A stretch of 64,000 nucleotides of DNA from an uncultured Chitinophagaceae bacterium (GTDB taxonomy: Bacteria; Bacteroidota; Bacteroidia; Chitinophagales; Chitinophagaceae). Below are positions 50,444 to 60,963 of the stretch, piece after piece. How positions within the stretch are numbered: the first letter of the stretch is position 1; each line of letters begins with the position of its first letter. The DNA lies in the NCBI GenBank assembly GCA_963741535.1, contig CAVUIP010000009.1:51457-115456 (forward strand). The letters are read 5' to 3'. The position numbers were made by a program, and so were the translations under genes. Below the pieces are notes generated by a model. That model had not been told where the DNA came from. It made no database searches and worked only from the letters and a program-made list of their open reading frames with translations.

Positions 50444-50676
50444 TAAATATTTTTTCGTCAATGTTGACGTATCCTGCAATAATACGTAAGGCAATTCGTC
50501 TCGCCGTTAGCGTCACCTGCTTTGTCTTTGCACAGCAGGAAAGTTTCTCCTGCAGGCTGGCTGCAGCATTTATAATTTAATTGTATCAACTTAATATCTT
50601 CACAAAAAACAGACTTAATTATTTAAGAATTGATGTTGATTTTTTCCGGAATTTCGGCACCGCTGCCCTTTCAAAC

Positions 50677-50697
50677 CCTGTCTGCCGGACAGGCAGG
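50677..50697. repeat. Short GC-rich palindromic element
   Basis: CCTGTCTGCCGGACAGGCAGG; related hairpins near 46590-46611 and 61478-61514. Confidence 0.55.
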
Positions 50698-50771
50698 CAT
50701 TTATTGTGCACCAGCCAAAAAAGATTTGCCGGTGATGGGTGCAGAAAGTATGAGGATAAATTTATTTTATA

Positions 50772-50796
50772 TAGTTAGGATTCCTTACTACATTTG
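50772..50796 (+). promoter_or_regulatory. Palindromic operator overlapping a TAnnTTTG promoter
   Basis: TAGTTAGGA-T-TCCTTACTA (8/9) overlapping TACATTTG. Confidence 0.6.
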
Positions 50797-50832
50797 AAAG
50801 GCAATATTGCAGTGAATCAAAAAATAATTTTT

Positions 50833-51066
50833 ATGGGTAAATCAATTTTTTATCATGCAGGCTGCCCTGTATGCGTTAGTGCAGAGCACGACATTCTGAG
50901 CCTCATGAACCCTTCTGCGGTAGAAGTGGTACACCTGGGCGAGGACAAATCAAAAATTGCGGAAGCAGAACGGGCAGGTGTAAAATCTGTTCCTGCACTG
51001 GTTACTCCTAATGGCAATGTGCTGCACATTAACTATGGTGCAAGCATGGCAGATGTAAAGGGTTAA
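50833..51066 (+). CDS. Thioredoxin/glutaredoxin-like protein
   Basis: FYHAGCPVC, GVKSVPALV. Confidence 0.85.
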   Translation: MGKSIFYHAGCPVCVSAEHDILSLMNPSAVEVVHLGEDKSKIAEAERAGVKSVPALVTPNGNVLHINYGASMADVKG

Positions 51067-51070
51067 GCTT

Positions 51071-51110
51071 TGCCCGGCAATATAGTAAACTGTATTGCCG
51101 GGCATTTTTT
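51071..51110 (+). terminator. Rho-independent terminator
   Basis: TGCCCGGCAATA...TATTGCCGGGCA followed by T6. Confidence 0.8.
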
Positions 51111-51174
51111 AATTGCAGCAGTGAATAAAAATGAACCTTTAAAAAATTATTTTCGTAATCTAAAATTATACAAA

Positions 51175-51438
51175 ATGAAAGTAGCAGTTTGGGATACTTA
51201 TGTTACAAAAAAAGACGGCACCATTATGCACTTTGATATTATTGCACCTGCGGAAATAAAAGATGAAAAAACAATTCATACTTTTGGTAAGGATTACTTA
51301 CTATCCAAAAATCAGGAGGGGCAATCGCTGGCAGCAAAGGAATGCAGCTTTTGCCATACAGAAGCAGCCACTGCACCAATGGAAGCTGCTATTGAAGCTA
51401 AAGGATATTATATTATTGAAATGCAAAACTGTACTTAA
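51175..51438 (+). CDS. DUF2024 family protein
   Basis: VWDTYV.KKDG..MHFDI, C.FCH.E. Confidence 0.85.
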   Translation: MKVAVWDTYVTKKDGTIMHFDIIAPAEIKDEKTIHTFGKDYLLSKNQEGQSLAAKECSFCHTEAATAPMEAAIEAKGYYIIEMQNCT

Positions 51439-52034
51439 TGACTGTATTTAATGTAGCGCAGCAAAATGCCAGCCTCGATTATAAAATAGTGGCTGGGTTG
51501 GAACGCCTCTCTCAGGTGTTCCGTATTTTACTTTGGGAAAAAGCAAAACAATTTGGATTGAGCCCAATTCAAATTCAATTGCTCATTTTTATTAAGCACC
51601 ACATTGCAGATAAATGTACCATAAGCTACCTGGCACAGGAATTTAATTTTACAAAACCTACCATCAGCGATGCCATAAAAGTTTTGGAACAAAAGAAAAT
51701 GGTAAAGAAAATTACAGACCCATCGGATACAAGAAGTTATTCTATTCAATTATTGGCAAACGGAAAAAAAGTTGTGGCTGCCTCAGAAGATTTTGCAAAT
51801 CCGCTTACAGCATTCATTGCACAAACCGGCCGCAACAGTAAATTAATATTATGGCAAAACATAGTAACCCTGATAAAGGAATTGAATAATACAGGAATCA
51901 TCAGTGTACAGCGAACCTGTTATAACTGCACCAATTTTTCATCTAAAAACAACATACCTTTTTGTAATTTGCTGCAGCAAAAACTGCTGCTGCCAGATAT
52001 AAGAATTGATTGTGCCGAATTTGAAAGGGCTTAA
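51438..52034 (+). CDS. MarR family regulator with Cys-rich C-terminus
   Basis: GLSPIQIQ.L, wHTH, D.RS, C..C..C..DC. Confidence 0.88.
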   Translation: MTVFNVAQQNASLDYKIVAGLERLSQVFRILLWEKAKQFGLSPIQIQLLIFIKHHIADKCTISYLAQEFNFTKPTISDAIKVLEQKKMVKKITDPSDTRSYSIQLLANGKKVVAASEDFANPLTAFIAQTGRNSKLILWQNIVTLIKELNNTGIISVQRTCYNCTNFSSKNNIPFCNLLQQKLLLPDIRIDCAEFERA

Positions 52035-52248
52035 TAAAATTTTGCATAAACCTCTTAGATTTTACACCTGATTAAATCCATATTGCTTCAACCGCTTTCA
52101 TCAAACCTTAATCATACCCAATTCTGGCCATATTTGTATTTAATCCTGTACTTCAGGCAGCCACCTGCACCTGGGTTTATTTAATTATGAAATTTTGTAA
52201 CTAAGTATTATTTTTATAAGCTTCAAAACCATTTTAAACTTTATTCCA

Positions 52249-54510
52249 ATGCCAAAAACTTCATTGCTGGAGTTTGAGCAGGATTTGCACCTCCTGCATT
52301 TTTCGCTGGAGAATCTTCATGAAGCAGTTTTTTGGATAAATGCTAAAGGCAATATTTTCCAGGTAAATGAAATGGCCTGCCAAATGACGGGTTACTCCAA
52401 AACTGCATTAACCCATAAGCATATTACCGATATTAATCCTACACCGGTTGCAGCCGATTTTGCCAAATACTGGGAACGGTTAAAAAAAGAAAAAAAGATT
52501 ATTACAGAAACCAGCCACAAACATAAAAACGGTATGGTGTATGATGTAGAAGTAACAGGAAATTTTATTGAATTTAATGGACAGGAATTTTCCTGCAGCA
52601 TTGTTCGTGATATACGCAGAAAAAAAATGGCAGAAGAATTATTGCTCACCATTTCTGAGGCCACATCTGCAGTGGTGGGCCAGGATTTTTTTGAAGCCTT
52701 AACTGAGTATGTTACCGTTTCGCTTGGCGTTAAAACCTGTATTGTTACGGAGTGTACCGATATACATAAAACCCGTGTACGCACATTAGCCTATACCAAA
52801 AATAAAAAATTAGAAGAAAATATTGAGTACGATGTTGAAGGTACCCCCTGCAAACTGGTAATGGAAGGAAGCGGATCAGCAATTTTTATTTCAACGGGTT
52901 GCGATAAAACTTATGCCAAAGAAGCTGGTTACGATTCATACGTTGCAGTACCCATTTACAGCCCCTCTACCGGAAATGTTATTGGCCATATTGCTGCACT
53001 GGATGATGCCCCGATGAGTAATGAAATGAATCAAACTGCTATTCTTAAAATTTTTGCTGCACGTGCCGGGTCAGAAATTGAGAGAATAAAATCGGAAGAA
53101 AAATTAAAAATTGCGAATAAAGAGTTAGAGCTCCGTTTAAAAGAGAGCGATAAAAAATTTCAGGATTTATTTGAAGAGGCACCGATTGCTTATGTGCATG
53201 AAGGGCTGGATTCTAAATTTATAAAAGCCAACCGGGCGGCTTTAAAAATGCTGGGAGTAAAACCCGAAGAAGTACCTTTTTTATATGGAAAGACATTGGT
53301 GGTTGATAACGCTGATAATCAGAGAAAATTAAAAGAGGCATTTGATGCCATAGAGCAGGGAGCGGATAAGGGTGGTGTTATCCTTGAGCTCCGCCGCAAA
53401 GATAATGGCAAACCATTGTGGATACAATGGTGGTCGAAACCAGATACCGGAGGGCAATTTACAAGAACCATGATGATTGATATTACGGAGCAGGTTTTGA
53501 TGGAACAGGAACAGGCAAGGTTGCAGGCACAAAATAAATATCTGCAGGAAGAAATAAAACTCAGTTCTAATTTTGAAGATATTATCAGCCAGAGTGCAGG
53601 CTTTCATAAAATATTACAACAGATAGAGCAGGTAGCCAGTACCGATGCTACCGTTTTAATTTTAGGAGAGAGTGGTACCGGCAAAGAATTACTGGCAAGG
53701 GCGGTACACAATATCAGCAATAGAAATAAAAGGCCGCTAATAAAAATTAATTGTGCCACACTGCCTGCAAATTTAATAGAGAGTGAATTATTTGGGCACG
53801 AACGTGGTGCTTTTACCGGTGCTATGGAAAGAAAAATTGGCCGCTTTGAACTGGCAGATGGCGGCACCATTTTTTTAGATGAAATTGGAGAATTGCCCGT
53901 AGAACTACAGGCAAAATTATTAAGGGTTTTACAGGAAGGCGAATTTGAAAGACTGGGCAATCCTAAAACCATAAAAGTAAATGTTAGGGTAATAGCTGCT
54001 ACCAACCGCAACCTGCAGCAGGCAATAGAAAAAAAAGAATTCAGGGAAGATTTGTTTTACCGCCTAAATGTTTTCCCGATTATATCTCCGCCATTACGCA
54101 ACCGCAAAGAAGATATTCCTTTGCTGGTAAAACATTTTGTAAAAAAGTATGAAGGCAAAATGGGTAAAGAAATAAAAAACATTCCCGATAAAGTTATTGA
54201 TGCATTAATGCTGTACGACTGGCCGGGCAATATACGGGAACTGGAAAACCTTATTGAAAGGGCATTAATATTAACTACCGGCAAAACATTGGAATACGGC
54301 GACTGGGTTCCTTCTGCAAAAAATATAAACAGCAATGGCAAAGCAACATTGCAAAAAATGGATGAGGTTGAAAAAGAACATATCATAAATATATTGGAAA
54401 AAACCAACTGGAAAGTAAGCGGCGAAAAAGGTGCAGCAAAAATATTGGGCCTTAATGCAACAACGCTGGAAGCAAGAATGAAAAAATTGGGGATAGAAAG
54501 GGGGAAATAA
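52249..54510 (+). CDS. Sigma54-dependent activator (PAS-GAF-PAS-AAA+-HTH)
   Basis: [38 protein letters not shown], Fis-type HTH. Confidence 0.95.
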   Translation: MPKTSLLEFEQDLHLLHFSLENLHEAVFWINAKGNIFQVNEMACQMTGYSKTALTHKHITDINPTPVAADFAKYWERLKKEKKIITETSHKHKNGMVYDVEVTGNFIEFNGQEFSCSIVRDIRRKKMAEELLLTISEATSAVVGQDFFEALTEYVTVSLGVKTCIVTECTDIHKTRVRTLAYTKNKKLEENIEYDVEGTPCKLVMEGSGSAIFISTGCDKTYAKEAGYDSYVAVPIYSPSTGNVIGHIAALDDAPMSNEMNQTAILKIFAARAGSEIERIKSEEKLKIANKELELRLKESDKKFQDLFEEAPIAYVHEGLDSKFIKANRAALKMLGVKPEEVPFLYGKTLVVDNADNQRKLKEAFDAIEQGADKGGVILELRRKDNGKPLWIQWWSKPDTGGQFTRTMMIDITEQVLMEQEQARLQAQNKYLQEEIKLSSNFEDIISQSAGFHKILQQIEQVASTDATVLILGESGTGKELLARAVHNISNRNKRPLIKINCATLPANLIESELFGHERGAFTGAMERKIGRFELADGGTIFLDEIGELPVELQAKLLRVLQEGEFERLGNPKTIKVNVRVIAATNRNLQQAIEKKEFREDLFYRLNVFPIISPPLRNRKEDIPLLVKHFVKKYEGKMGKEIKNIPDKVIDALMLYDWPGNIRELENLIERALILTTGKTLEYGDWVPSAKNINSNGKATLQKMDEVEKEHIINILEKTNWKVSGEKGAAKILGLNATTLEARMKKLGIERGK

Positions 54511-54516
54511 AAAACG

Positions 54517-55423
54517 TTATTTTATACAAGATGCAATTTCATTTTGTGATTTATACAAACTAACTGCAGATATGCGGTGTATTTTTTTATCCTTTACATA
54601 AAGAATTATCCAGTCATCCTGCTGTACTGCTCTTGCTTCTATCTCTATGGGTTCTGCCACAAAATCCTGTACAGCTTCGTTCATAGATTCTCCGTTAGGG
54701 CCAACAATTAAATAATAATTTTTTTCTCCGTTTTCATTCATCACTTTTAAAACAGGCGGTATGCCACCGAGAATACAACGTATGGCACAATCCCGGTGTA
54801 CTTTTCCTTCACCTGGTTTCATTACTCCAAAATAACATTTGGGATCAATAATTTCTCCTTTAATTTTTTGTATGCCTAAATCTTTTTGTGTTGATAGTAA
54901 TGAAAGCCCTGCAACATTACCCACAGCAATTACAGGGTTATCGTCTTTATTAATTTGCAACATTGTTTTTCCATCGCTGTATAATAGTAGTTCCTTTTAT
55001 AGTAAGTTCTTTATTGTGGAATGAAATATTTTTTTCTTTTTCCAGTTGCATGATGGCAGTAGCGGCGCCATGTTTGCCGTAACCCACTAATGGAATAGTG
55101 ATGTAAACTGTATTGCCCCAGATATCTTTTGCTGCAATAACTTTTAACACCGGCAAAGGGCTGCTAAAATAAATTCCTTTCACTTCGGTAAGTTTACCAA
55201 ACTCAAAATTGGCGGTGGAAAATTTTTTTTGAAAAGAAGCCAGCGCCAACCCAACAATTATTGCAGCCGGAAAAAGAATAAGCAATACTGTTTTCATTTG
55301 CTTTGCAAAAGATGCAGGGGCTTTGGCTTGCCAGCCGATATAAAAAGCCTCTCCCTCCGGCTCCCTCTCCAAAAGAGAGGGAGGGCCCGGCTGTATATCT
55401 ATATTTATCTTTTGTTCAGCCAT
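54517..55423 (-). CDS. Membrane-anchored hypothetical protein with Cys/His motif (frameshift near 54985)
   Basis: FYIGW, TM, GEIIDPKCYFGVMKPGEGKVHRDCAIRCILGGIPP. Confidence 0.7.
55348..55383 (-). repeat. REP-like element encoding part of the N-terminus of 54517-55423
   Basis: Reverse strand CTCCCTCTCTTTTGGAGAGGGAGCCGGAGGGAGAGG resembles 34942-34973 and 46715-46747. Confidence 0.75.
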
Positions 55424-55438
55424 ATCATCTTCATTATA

Positions 55439-56491
55439 TTATTTAACATTAATCAATTCATTAATCGCTACGCCGGGCTTCTCTGTTCCTTCAGCAAATG
55501 GTTTTGGGTTTAACCAAACTTTTGTTCCTTCAATTTTTACATCATAAGTATTTACTTTTTCTGTAAATGGCGGTGGCGATTGCCCGTTATGCGGCAAATA
55601 CTGGTACCCATGCCAGGGGCATGTAATGCACCCATCAATTATTTTTCCTTCGCCCAGGGGCCCGCCCTGGTGCTTGCACACATTATGTATGGCATATAAT
55701 TTATTTTCGTGTTTGTATACAGCAATTCGTTCTGTATCAATACAAAATATTTTGGCACGGCCTTCTTCAAAATCATTTACACTGCATACTTCTACAAAAG
55801 CATCTTTTTCTGCACTAAATTTTTCATTGTCTTTTGTAACTTCCTTTTTTGCAGCAAAAAGATGAAGCCCGGTTAACCACAAAGCTCCTGCTGCAATCAG
55901 CAATACAAATACCGGGTGCGTTTCGTATTGAATTACGCCCAGCATAATATGCATCACCATTAAAAAATAAGCTGCATACACAAACATGTGCAACGTTTTC
56001 CATAATTTGGGTGTAAGGTTGTGCAGCCAAAAATCGTGACTGGTTATTGCCATTAAAAAGAAAATAATCAATGCAAAAAAACCTAAGGCCTGAAAAGGAA
56101 AACCACTTAAAGAGAAAAAATTAGTATTGGAAGTAAAGAGCGAAACAAAAGGGTTTACATTACTTAATGCATGAAACTGAATAATACTGAACACGCCATG
56201 CACTGCAGCTATGCAAAACATGGTTACACCCAAATGCCGGCGGTTGTATAAGAGTGGCAGCATTTTTTTATTAATTCGTGTAAGGGGGCCAATGCTTAAA
56301 ATTATATGCAGCAGTAATACTGCCAAAGTAGAGGTGGAGCGGATCAATACCGTTTCAAAAGTATAATCCGGATTTATAAATGCGGTGATTACCACAAAAG
56401 TTGATAAATACAAAACACAAAAACTAAAAATTATCCGGTCGTATATTTTCTTTTGCCTGTTCCAGCCTACTGCGGTATAGCCTGCGCTCAT
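55439..56491 (-). CDS. Ferric-reductase-like (MsrQ-type) TM domain fused to Rieske 2Fe-2S
   Basis: RRHLGV, H, TS, WKTLH..VY; CKHQGGPL..CPWHG. Confidence 0.88.
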   Translation of the reverse strand: MSAGYTAVGWNRQKKIYDRIIFSFCVLYLSTFVVITAFINPDYTFETVLIRSTSTLAVLLLHIILSIGPLTRINKKMLPLLYNRRHLGVTMFCIAAVHGVFSIIQFHALSNVNPFVSLFTSNTNFFSLSGFPFQALGFFALIIFFLMAITSHDFWLHNLTPKLWKTLHMFVYAAYFLMVMHIMLGVIQYETHPVFVLLIAAGALWLTGLHLFAAKKEVTKDNEKFSAEKDAFVEVCSVNDFEEGRAKIFCIDTERIAVYKHENKLYAIHNVCKHQGGPLGEGKIIDGCITCPWHGYQYLPHNGQSPPPFTEKVNTYDVKIEGTKVWLNPKPFAEGTEKPGVAINELINVK

Positions 56492-56493
56492 TG

Positions 56494-56916
56494 CTAAAAA
56501 TTTATGCTGTCAATTATTTGCTGATGAATAATATCGTACAAAATAAAATGGTACCGGGCTGTGGTATCTTTTGGTAATGAAAAAAAATAATTCCCTTCTC
56601 CTGCAATTCTTCCTATCAATTCTTTTTCGCCATTGCCTGTTTTATAAACTAGCGAAGAAGGGTGTGCAGCAATATTTTTATTCATCCACTGCAGCTGATA
56701 ATTTTTTTTATCATTACTGCTTCGCAGATAAATAGTATATTCTTTTTTTTCGACTTTATTTATCAGCACCGGTAAGGCTTCACTTTTATTTTGCTGTAAT
56801 AATATATTAAATACTTGCTTTGGCACCGATATATAAGCACTGACAATTCCTGCCGGTATTAAAAAAGCCAGCAATACCCATATTTGCAAATGCTTCTTAC
56901 GCAGCGGCTTTATCAT
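56494..56916 (-). CDS. Hypothetical protein with N-terminal TM
   Basis: Operon-coupled ORF, LRKKHLQIW then TM. Confidence 0.65.
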   Translation of the reverse strand: MIKPLRKKHLQIWVLLAFLIPAGIVSAYISVPKQVFNILLQQNKSEALPVLINKVEKKEYTIYLRSSNDKKNYQLQWMNKNIAAHPSSLVYKTGNGEKELIGRIAGEGNYFFSLPKDTTARYHFILYDIIHQQIIDSINF

Positions 56917-57130
56917 CAGCTCTCTTTTTTACTTTTATTAATTTGTTTAATAATACCGGCCAAAAAACGATTACACCCGGCAATATAATAAGTCTAAAGC
57001 CCCAGCCGGAGCCATGTGCAGCAGTATCCATTTTTTGCAGGCCCTTATTTAAAAAGAAAACAGCAAATAAAACTCCTGCTGCCAGGTATAGTGCTGCCAT
57101 GATGAAAATTATCTTTACAGCTATAATCAT
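56897..57130 (-). CDS. Small 2-TM protein
   Basis: Y...G..FA..F...G...D..A.G....FRLII.PG....WP. Confidence 0.7.
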   Translation of the reverse strand: MIIAVKIIFIMAALYLAAGVLFAVFFLNKGLQKMDTAAHGSGWGFRLIILPGVIVFWPVLLNKLIKVKKRADDKAAA

Positions 57131-57134
57131 GTTA

Positions 57135-58787
57135 TCAGTTTTCCACCATTAAAATACTGTTGAAACCATTTAACCCATCGGGCTGCCTGTAAGAATTATC
57201 AATATCTTCTGTCCAGATTTTATCATCTATAAAAAATTTATATTGGTAAGTGCCTTTCGGCAGCATAGGAATTTCAATTTTCCACAAACCATTTTTTGTA
57301 GGTTCCATCAATAATGAATCGTGTGACCAGTGATTAAAACTGCCGGCCAGCGAAATGTGTGAAGCGCATGGATTTTTAATGTAAAACTCAATAGCTTTTT
57401 TACGTTTGTTGATAAACGGAGATGTGTGATGCTTCATAGTAAATAAATTTTGTAAGGTTTTTATAATTGCCATTCCCGGATGTATAACACCATAGCCTTG
57501 CTGCTCCACAGGTAAAAAGGGTAAACGTTTTGCGGTACTGAATAAAATGCTGCGAATTTGTGCCGGGGTTAAACTGGGGTTTATTTCAAGTAGTTGTGCA
57601 GCTACAGCAGTTACTATAGGTGCGGCAAATGATGTACCGTCTACATGCATATAGAAAGGCGAAATATATTTGCATTGCTGTATGCTGCTAACGATTTTTT
57701 CTTTAATAAAAGGTACATCGTTTTTTTCTATATCGCCAAGGCTTAAAGCGGTTTTATTTTTTAATGTTAATATCTTTTCGGGCAGTTCTTCATTGGGGGT
57801 TTGCTGCAATTCGTATAATGCTTTTGCATTTTCCTGCTCCGGCGTTTGCGGTAAAATGGGTGCAGCAATCCATATCGCATTGGCAATCAATTCGGGCTTA
57901 TAAAATTCATCGGCTGTTTTGCCAAAACTGGAGTGGTATAATTTGTTTTCTTCTTCATCTAAACTGTTATTATCATCCCAACCGCCAACCGCAATTACAT
58001 TGGGGCTGCTGGCCGGAGATTTAATGCTGGCCCCCACATCGTTGCCCACTGCCGCAATTATGATAATACCTTCTTCAATTAATCGTTCTGCCAATATATC
58101 TACTTCGCTATTTTTCCAGCTGCCTGTTTCATCATCTGCCAGCGATATGTTTATTAAACGGATATTATATTTTACCTGATTTTTTTGCACCCACTGCAAT
58201 GCTTTAGCAATATTTTCTGTTGTAATTTTTCCCCCGCTGTCCATTACTTTTAGCAAAACCAATTCGGCATCGCTTGCAATGCCCTTGTATAAACCATTGC
58301 TTAGGTAACCGTCCCCGGCGCATACCACACTCGTCATGGTGCCATGCCATGCTTCTTTATGAGGTTGCGAAAAATAGTTTTCTTTAGTTTGCGGATCAGT
58401 AATGTCAATAATTTTTTTAACTCTATTTCTGTTTTTTATTAAATCGGGATGCAGGTAAAATCCACTATCAATAAAACAAATGGTTACACCCCTGCCGGTA
58501 TATTTCGGGTTGGCATTTACCCTTAAGGCTGTGGGAAGAATAATAAAATCATCGGCACTTTTTACAGAAAAATACGGGCCAATCTCCGGCAGTATTTTTT
58601 GCTGCATAATAATTTCTACCGTATAATAATCAATACAGCGGCTGCAAATACCATCCTGCTCTGCCCAGGAAGGATTTTGTGTTTTTATTTTTTCAATTAC
58701 CGCCTGTTCGCTGCTGATGTGAAAACGGTAAAGTAATTTATCTACAGCATCATTGCATAAAGGGCAGGTAATTTTTTCTCCGTTCAT
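57135..58787 (-). CDS. S8 subtilase with N-terminal CxxC pairs and C-terminal CBM48/AMPK-type glycogen-binding domain
   Basis: IDSG, HGT, GTSFAAP triad; LAGSFNHW..GLW..GTYQYKFFID. Confidence 0.88.
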   Translation of the reverse strand: MNGEKITCPLCNDAVDKLLYRFHISSEQAVIEKIKTQNPSWAEQDGICSRCIDYYTVEIIMQQKILPEIGPYFSVKSADDFIILPTALRVNANPKYTGRGVTICFIDSGFYLHPDLIKNRNRVKKIIDITDPQTKENYFSQPHKEAWHGTMTSVVCAGDGYLSNGLYKGIASDAELVLLKVMDSGGKITTENIAKALQWVQKNQVKYNIRLINISLADDETGSWKNSEVDILAERLIEEGIIIIAAVGNDVGASIKSPASSPNVIAVGGWDDNNSLDEEENKLYHSSFGKTADEFYKPELIANAIWIAAPILPQTPEQENAKALYELQQTPNEELPEKILTLKNKTALSLGDIEKNDVPFIKEKIVSSIQQCKYISPFYMHVDGTSFAAPIVTAVAAQLLEINPSLTPAQIRSILFSTAKRLPFLPVEQQGYGVIHPGMAIIKTLQNLFTMKHHTSPFINKRKKAIEFYIKNPCASHISLAGSFNHWSHDSLLMEPTKNGLWKIEIPMLPKGTYQYKFFIDDKIWTEDIDNSYRQPDGLNGFNSILMVEN

Positions 58788-59188
58788 TTTAGTGATTGAT
58801 TTGATATTGTAAAAAAAATAAAAAAACGCAGGAGCCTTTGTCGGTTAAATGACTGTAAGTAAACAATAGTATAAATAAATATTTTAAGTATTGCAGCCGA
58901 CAATAAAGTTTTTAAGGCTGCGGTAGCTTTATAAAATAAAATCTATTAAAAATGATTCACAAATATTATGACTGCAGGAGGCAGCTTCGCTGGGTGGCTG
59001 CATTTTTAATTTTCTTTTTACCATCGCAGGTATCTTTAAAAAAAGTAAAGGAAAATAATGGTACTCCGCTTGTAAATGTGAGTGAGCAAAATAATTCAAC
59101 ATTACTCAATGAAAACATGATGAGCTTAAATAAGGATGCCAGGTTTATAAGAATAGTAAATTATATAAAATAAAGCAGGCTTATTTTT

Positions 59189-60196
59189 TTATTGCACCAG
59201 TTCTTTTATCCTGATGGCATGCCCATCAGGGTCTTTTACAATAAATGATTTTGTATGAATGCCGTTTGAATGGAGATGCACCAGCTCTTTTGAAACAAAT
59301 GTATAACCCGAATTTTTTAATTTATTATACAATGCAGCAGCATCGTTAGTAAATAGAGTGGTTTGCCAAAACCAAATATCATCAGCTCTTGTATCAGCTG
59401 GATAATTTTTTCCAGGCCCGGGTTTTAAGTATTGTAAAAATTCCACGCCGGGGCCTTCATTGGCCCGAAAGCCGGTAATGTGCAGGCTGGCACCTTCTAT
59501 ATTATTTAAATGTTCCTGTTCGGTTCCTAAATTCCAGCTCTCCCCTTTTCTTTCGATGCCTAAAATATCCTGGTAAAATTTTTGACTGTTTGCTGTGCTG
59601 CTCACCCCAATGGCTGTATGATCAATACCCAAAAATATTGTATTGCCGGATGATTGCCATTTAGGATTTCCTTTTCCCTTCGGGAAATAAATCAATTCCA
59701 GGTTATGGTTATCTATATCATGAAAATAAAATGCCTTAATACCTGCAGCGGCAATATTGCTTACAGGAAGTGTTTGCGGTGCAGTAGAAACAAATTCTAC
59801 ATTATACTTTTTTAATTGCTCAAATGCCTTTTCCATATCGCTTACCACAATGGCAATATGCTGAAAAAATAAATCGTTACTCTTTTGGTCTTCGGGGATG
59901 CTTCTGCCACCGGCGGTTAAATAATCAGTGAGCTCTATACTTTCCTCTCCCAACTGCATACGCACCACACGGATGTTTAAACCAAAAACTCCATTTAACT
60001 TTTCATAATCTGCTCCGCTGTATTCATTATCTGAAAGTATTTTAAATCCCAAAACATCCTGGTAAAATTTTACAGAGCGATCCATATCTTTTACAGTAAT
60101 TCCAATAGCATCTACTTTTTTTATTTGTGCAAATAAGTTGTTGCCACAGTAAATAAACAATCCGCTAATAAGTAAAATCTTTAAATACTTTTTCAT
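59189..60196 (-). CDS. Exported two-domain VOC/glyoxalase-like protein
   Basis: TVKDMDRSVKFY..VLGF, HIAIVVSD, IDHTAI, DPDGH. Confidence 0.85.
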   Translation of the reverse strand: MKKYLKILLISGLFIYCGNNLFAQIKKVDAIGITVKDMDRSVKFYQDVLGFKILSDNEYSGADYEKLNGVFGLNIRVVRMQLGEESIELTDYLTAGGRSIPEDQKSNDLFFQHIAIVVSDMEKAFEQLKKYNVEFVSTAPQTLPVSNIAAAGIKAFYFHDIDNHNLELIYFPKGKGNPKWQSSGNTIFLGIDHTAIGVSSTANSQKFYQDILGIERKGESWNLGTEQEHLNNIEGASLHITGFRANEGPGVEFLQYLKPGPGKNYPADTRADDIWFWQTTLFTNDAAALYNKLKNSGYTFVSKELVHLHSNGIHTKSFIVKDPDGHAIRIKELVQ

Positions 60197-60963
60197 TATG
60201 CCTGTTTTTTAAATTTAAATTTTTATGAACGATCCTTAATTTACATTTTCGTTTTACAGCTTTAATGCGGATAAAACATTCTGCGGCTGTAACCATGCCG
60301 GCAAATGGAATAAATAAATAAATCCAGAAAGATGTATAAGTGTTTGCCGCAAAGGCTGAGGCAAAACTCCTTGCCGGGTTCATACCAAAACCACTAACAG
60401 GGCCGACAAAAATTACAAAGATGCAAACCAGGCACGCAACAATTATCCTGCTGTATTTTTTTAACCGCTTACTGGCCGAGGTAAACAATACCATTGTTAT
60501 CATTAAAAAAGCAATAACAAATTCTGTAAGGGCGGCAGCCAGTACGCCATCTTTTCCCGGAACAGTTACTACACTTTTTACAGGAGCATCGGTAAGTATG
60601 TTACCCATCAGCGTCTGCATAATAAATACAGCAATCGTTCCACCTGCAAATTGAAACAGGATGTAAAAAAATGCGTCAGCACTTTTTAGTTTTTTTATAT
60701 CTTAAAAAAGTAATGGTTACGGCGGGGTTAATATGTGCACCGCTTGGTGAAGTGAACGGTGAGTAGAAAATAAATAAAGCAGTAAATCCCATGGCCACAC
60801 CCATCAAAATATTTCTTGCCATATCATTTGGCAAGAGCTGGTACCATCCACTTTTTTGAGAAAATAACATGGCGCCAAAAAAACAGGCCGATACCATAAA
60901 GATGGCGAGGCCAAGGGCTTCCATCAAATACAATTTCCAATTGTTTTTAAATGCGGCTAACAT
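60165..60963 (-). CDS. MIP/aquaporin family channel (frameshift near 60690)
   Basis: SGAHINPAVT and GMNPARS in adjacent frames. Confidence 0.85.

Noticed and set aside
50461..50580. GC-richer intergenic patch as a gene remnant or ncRNA
   Set aside because: The translations I tried gave no recognisable protein and no convincing stem set was found
50694..50709. Sigma54 -24/-12 promoter (AGGCATTTATTGTGCA)
   Set aside because: The GG-N10-GC spacing fits, but it overlaps a palindromic repeat and a better housekeeping promoter lies at 50789
58952..59173. 73-aa plus-strand ORF and the many short antisense ORFs in the track
   Set aside because: No recognisable motifs; they are shadows of real genes or chance ORFs in AT-rich spacers
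1720..60963. A dozen or more frameshifts (near 1925, 12670, 13080, 14500, 16010, 18728, 28560, 28690, 33105, 33275, 54985, 60690) as pseudogenes, phase variation or programmed frameshifting
   Set aside because: Scattered over unrelated genes, often at short homopolymers, with otherwise intact motifs. Most simply long-read indel errors; read polishing would decide.
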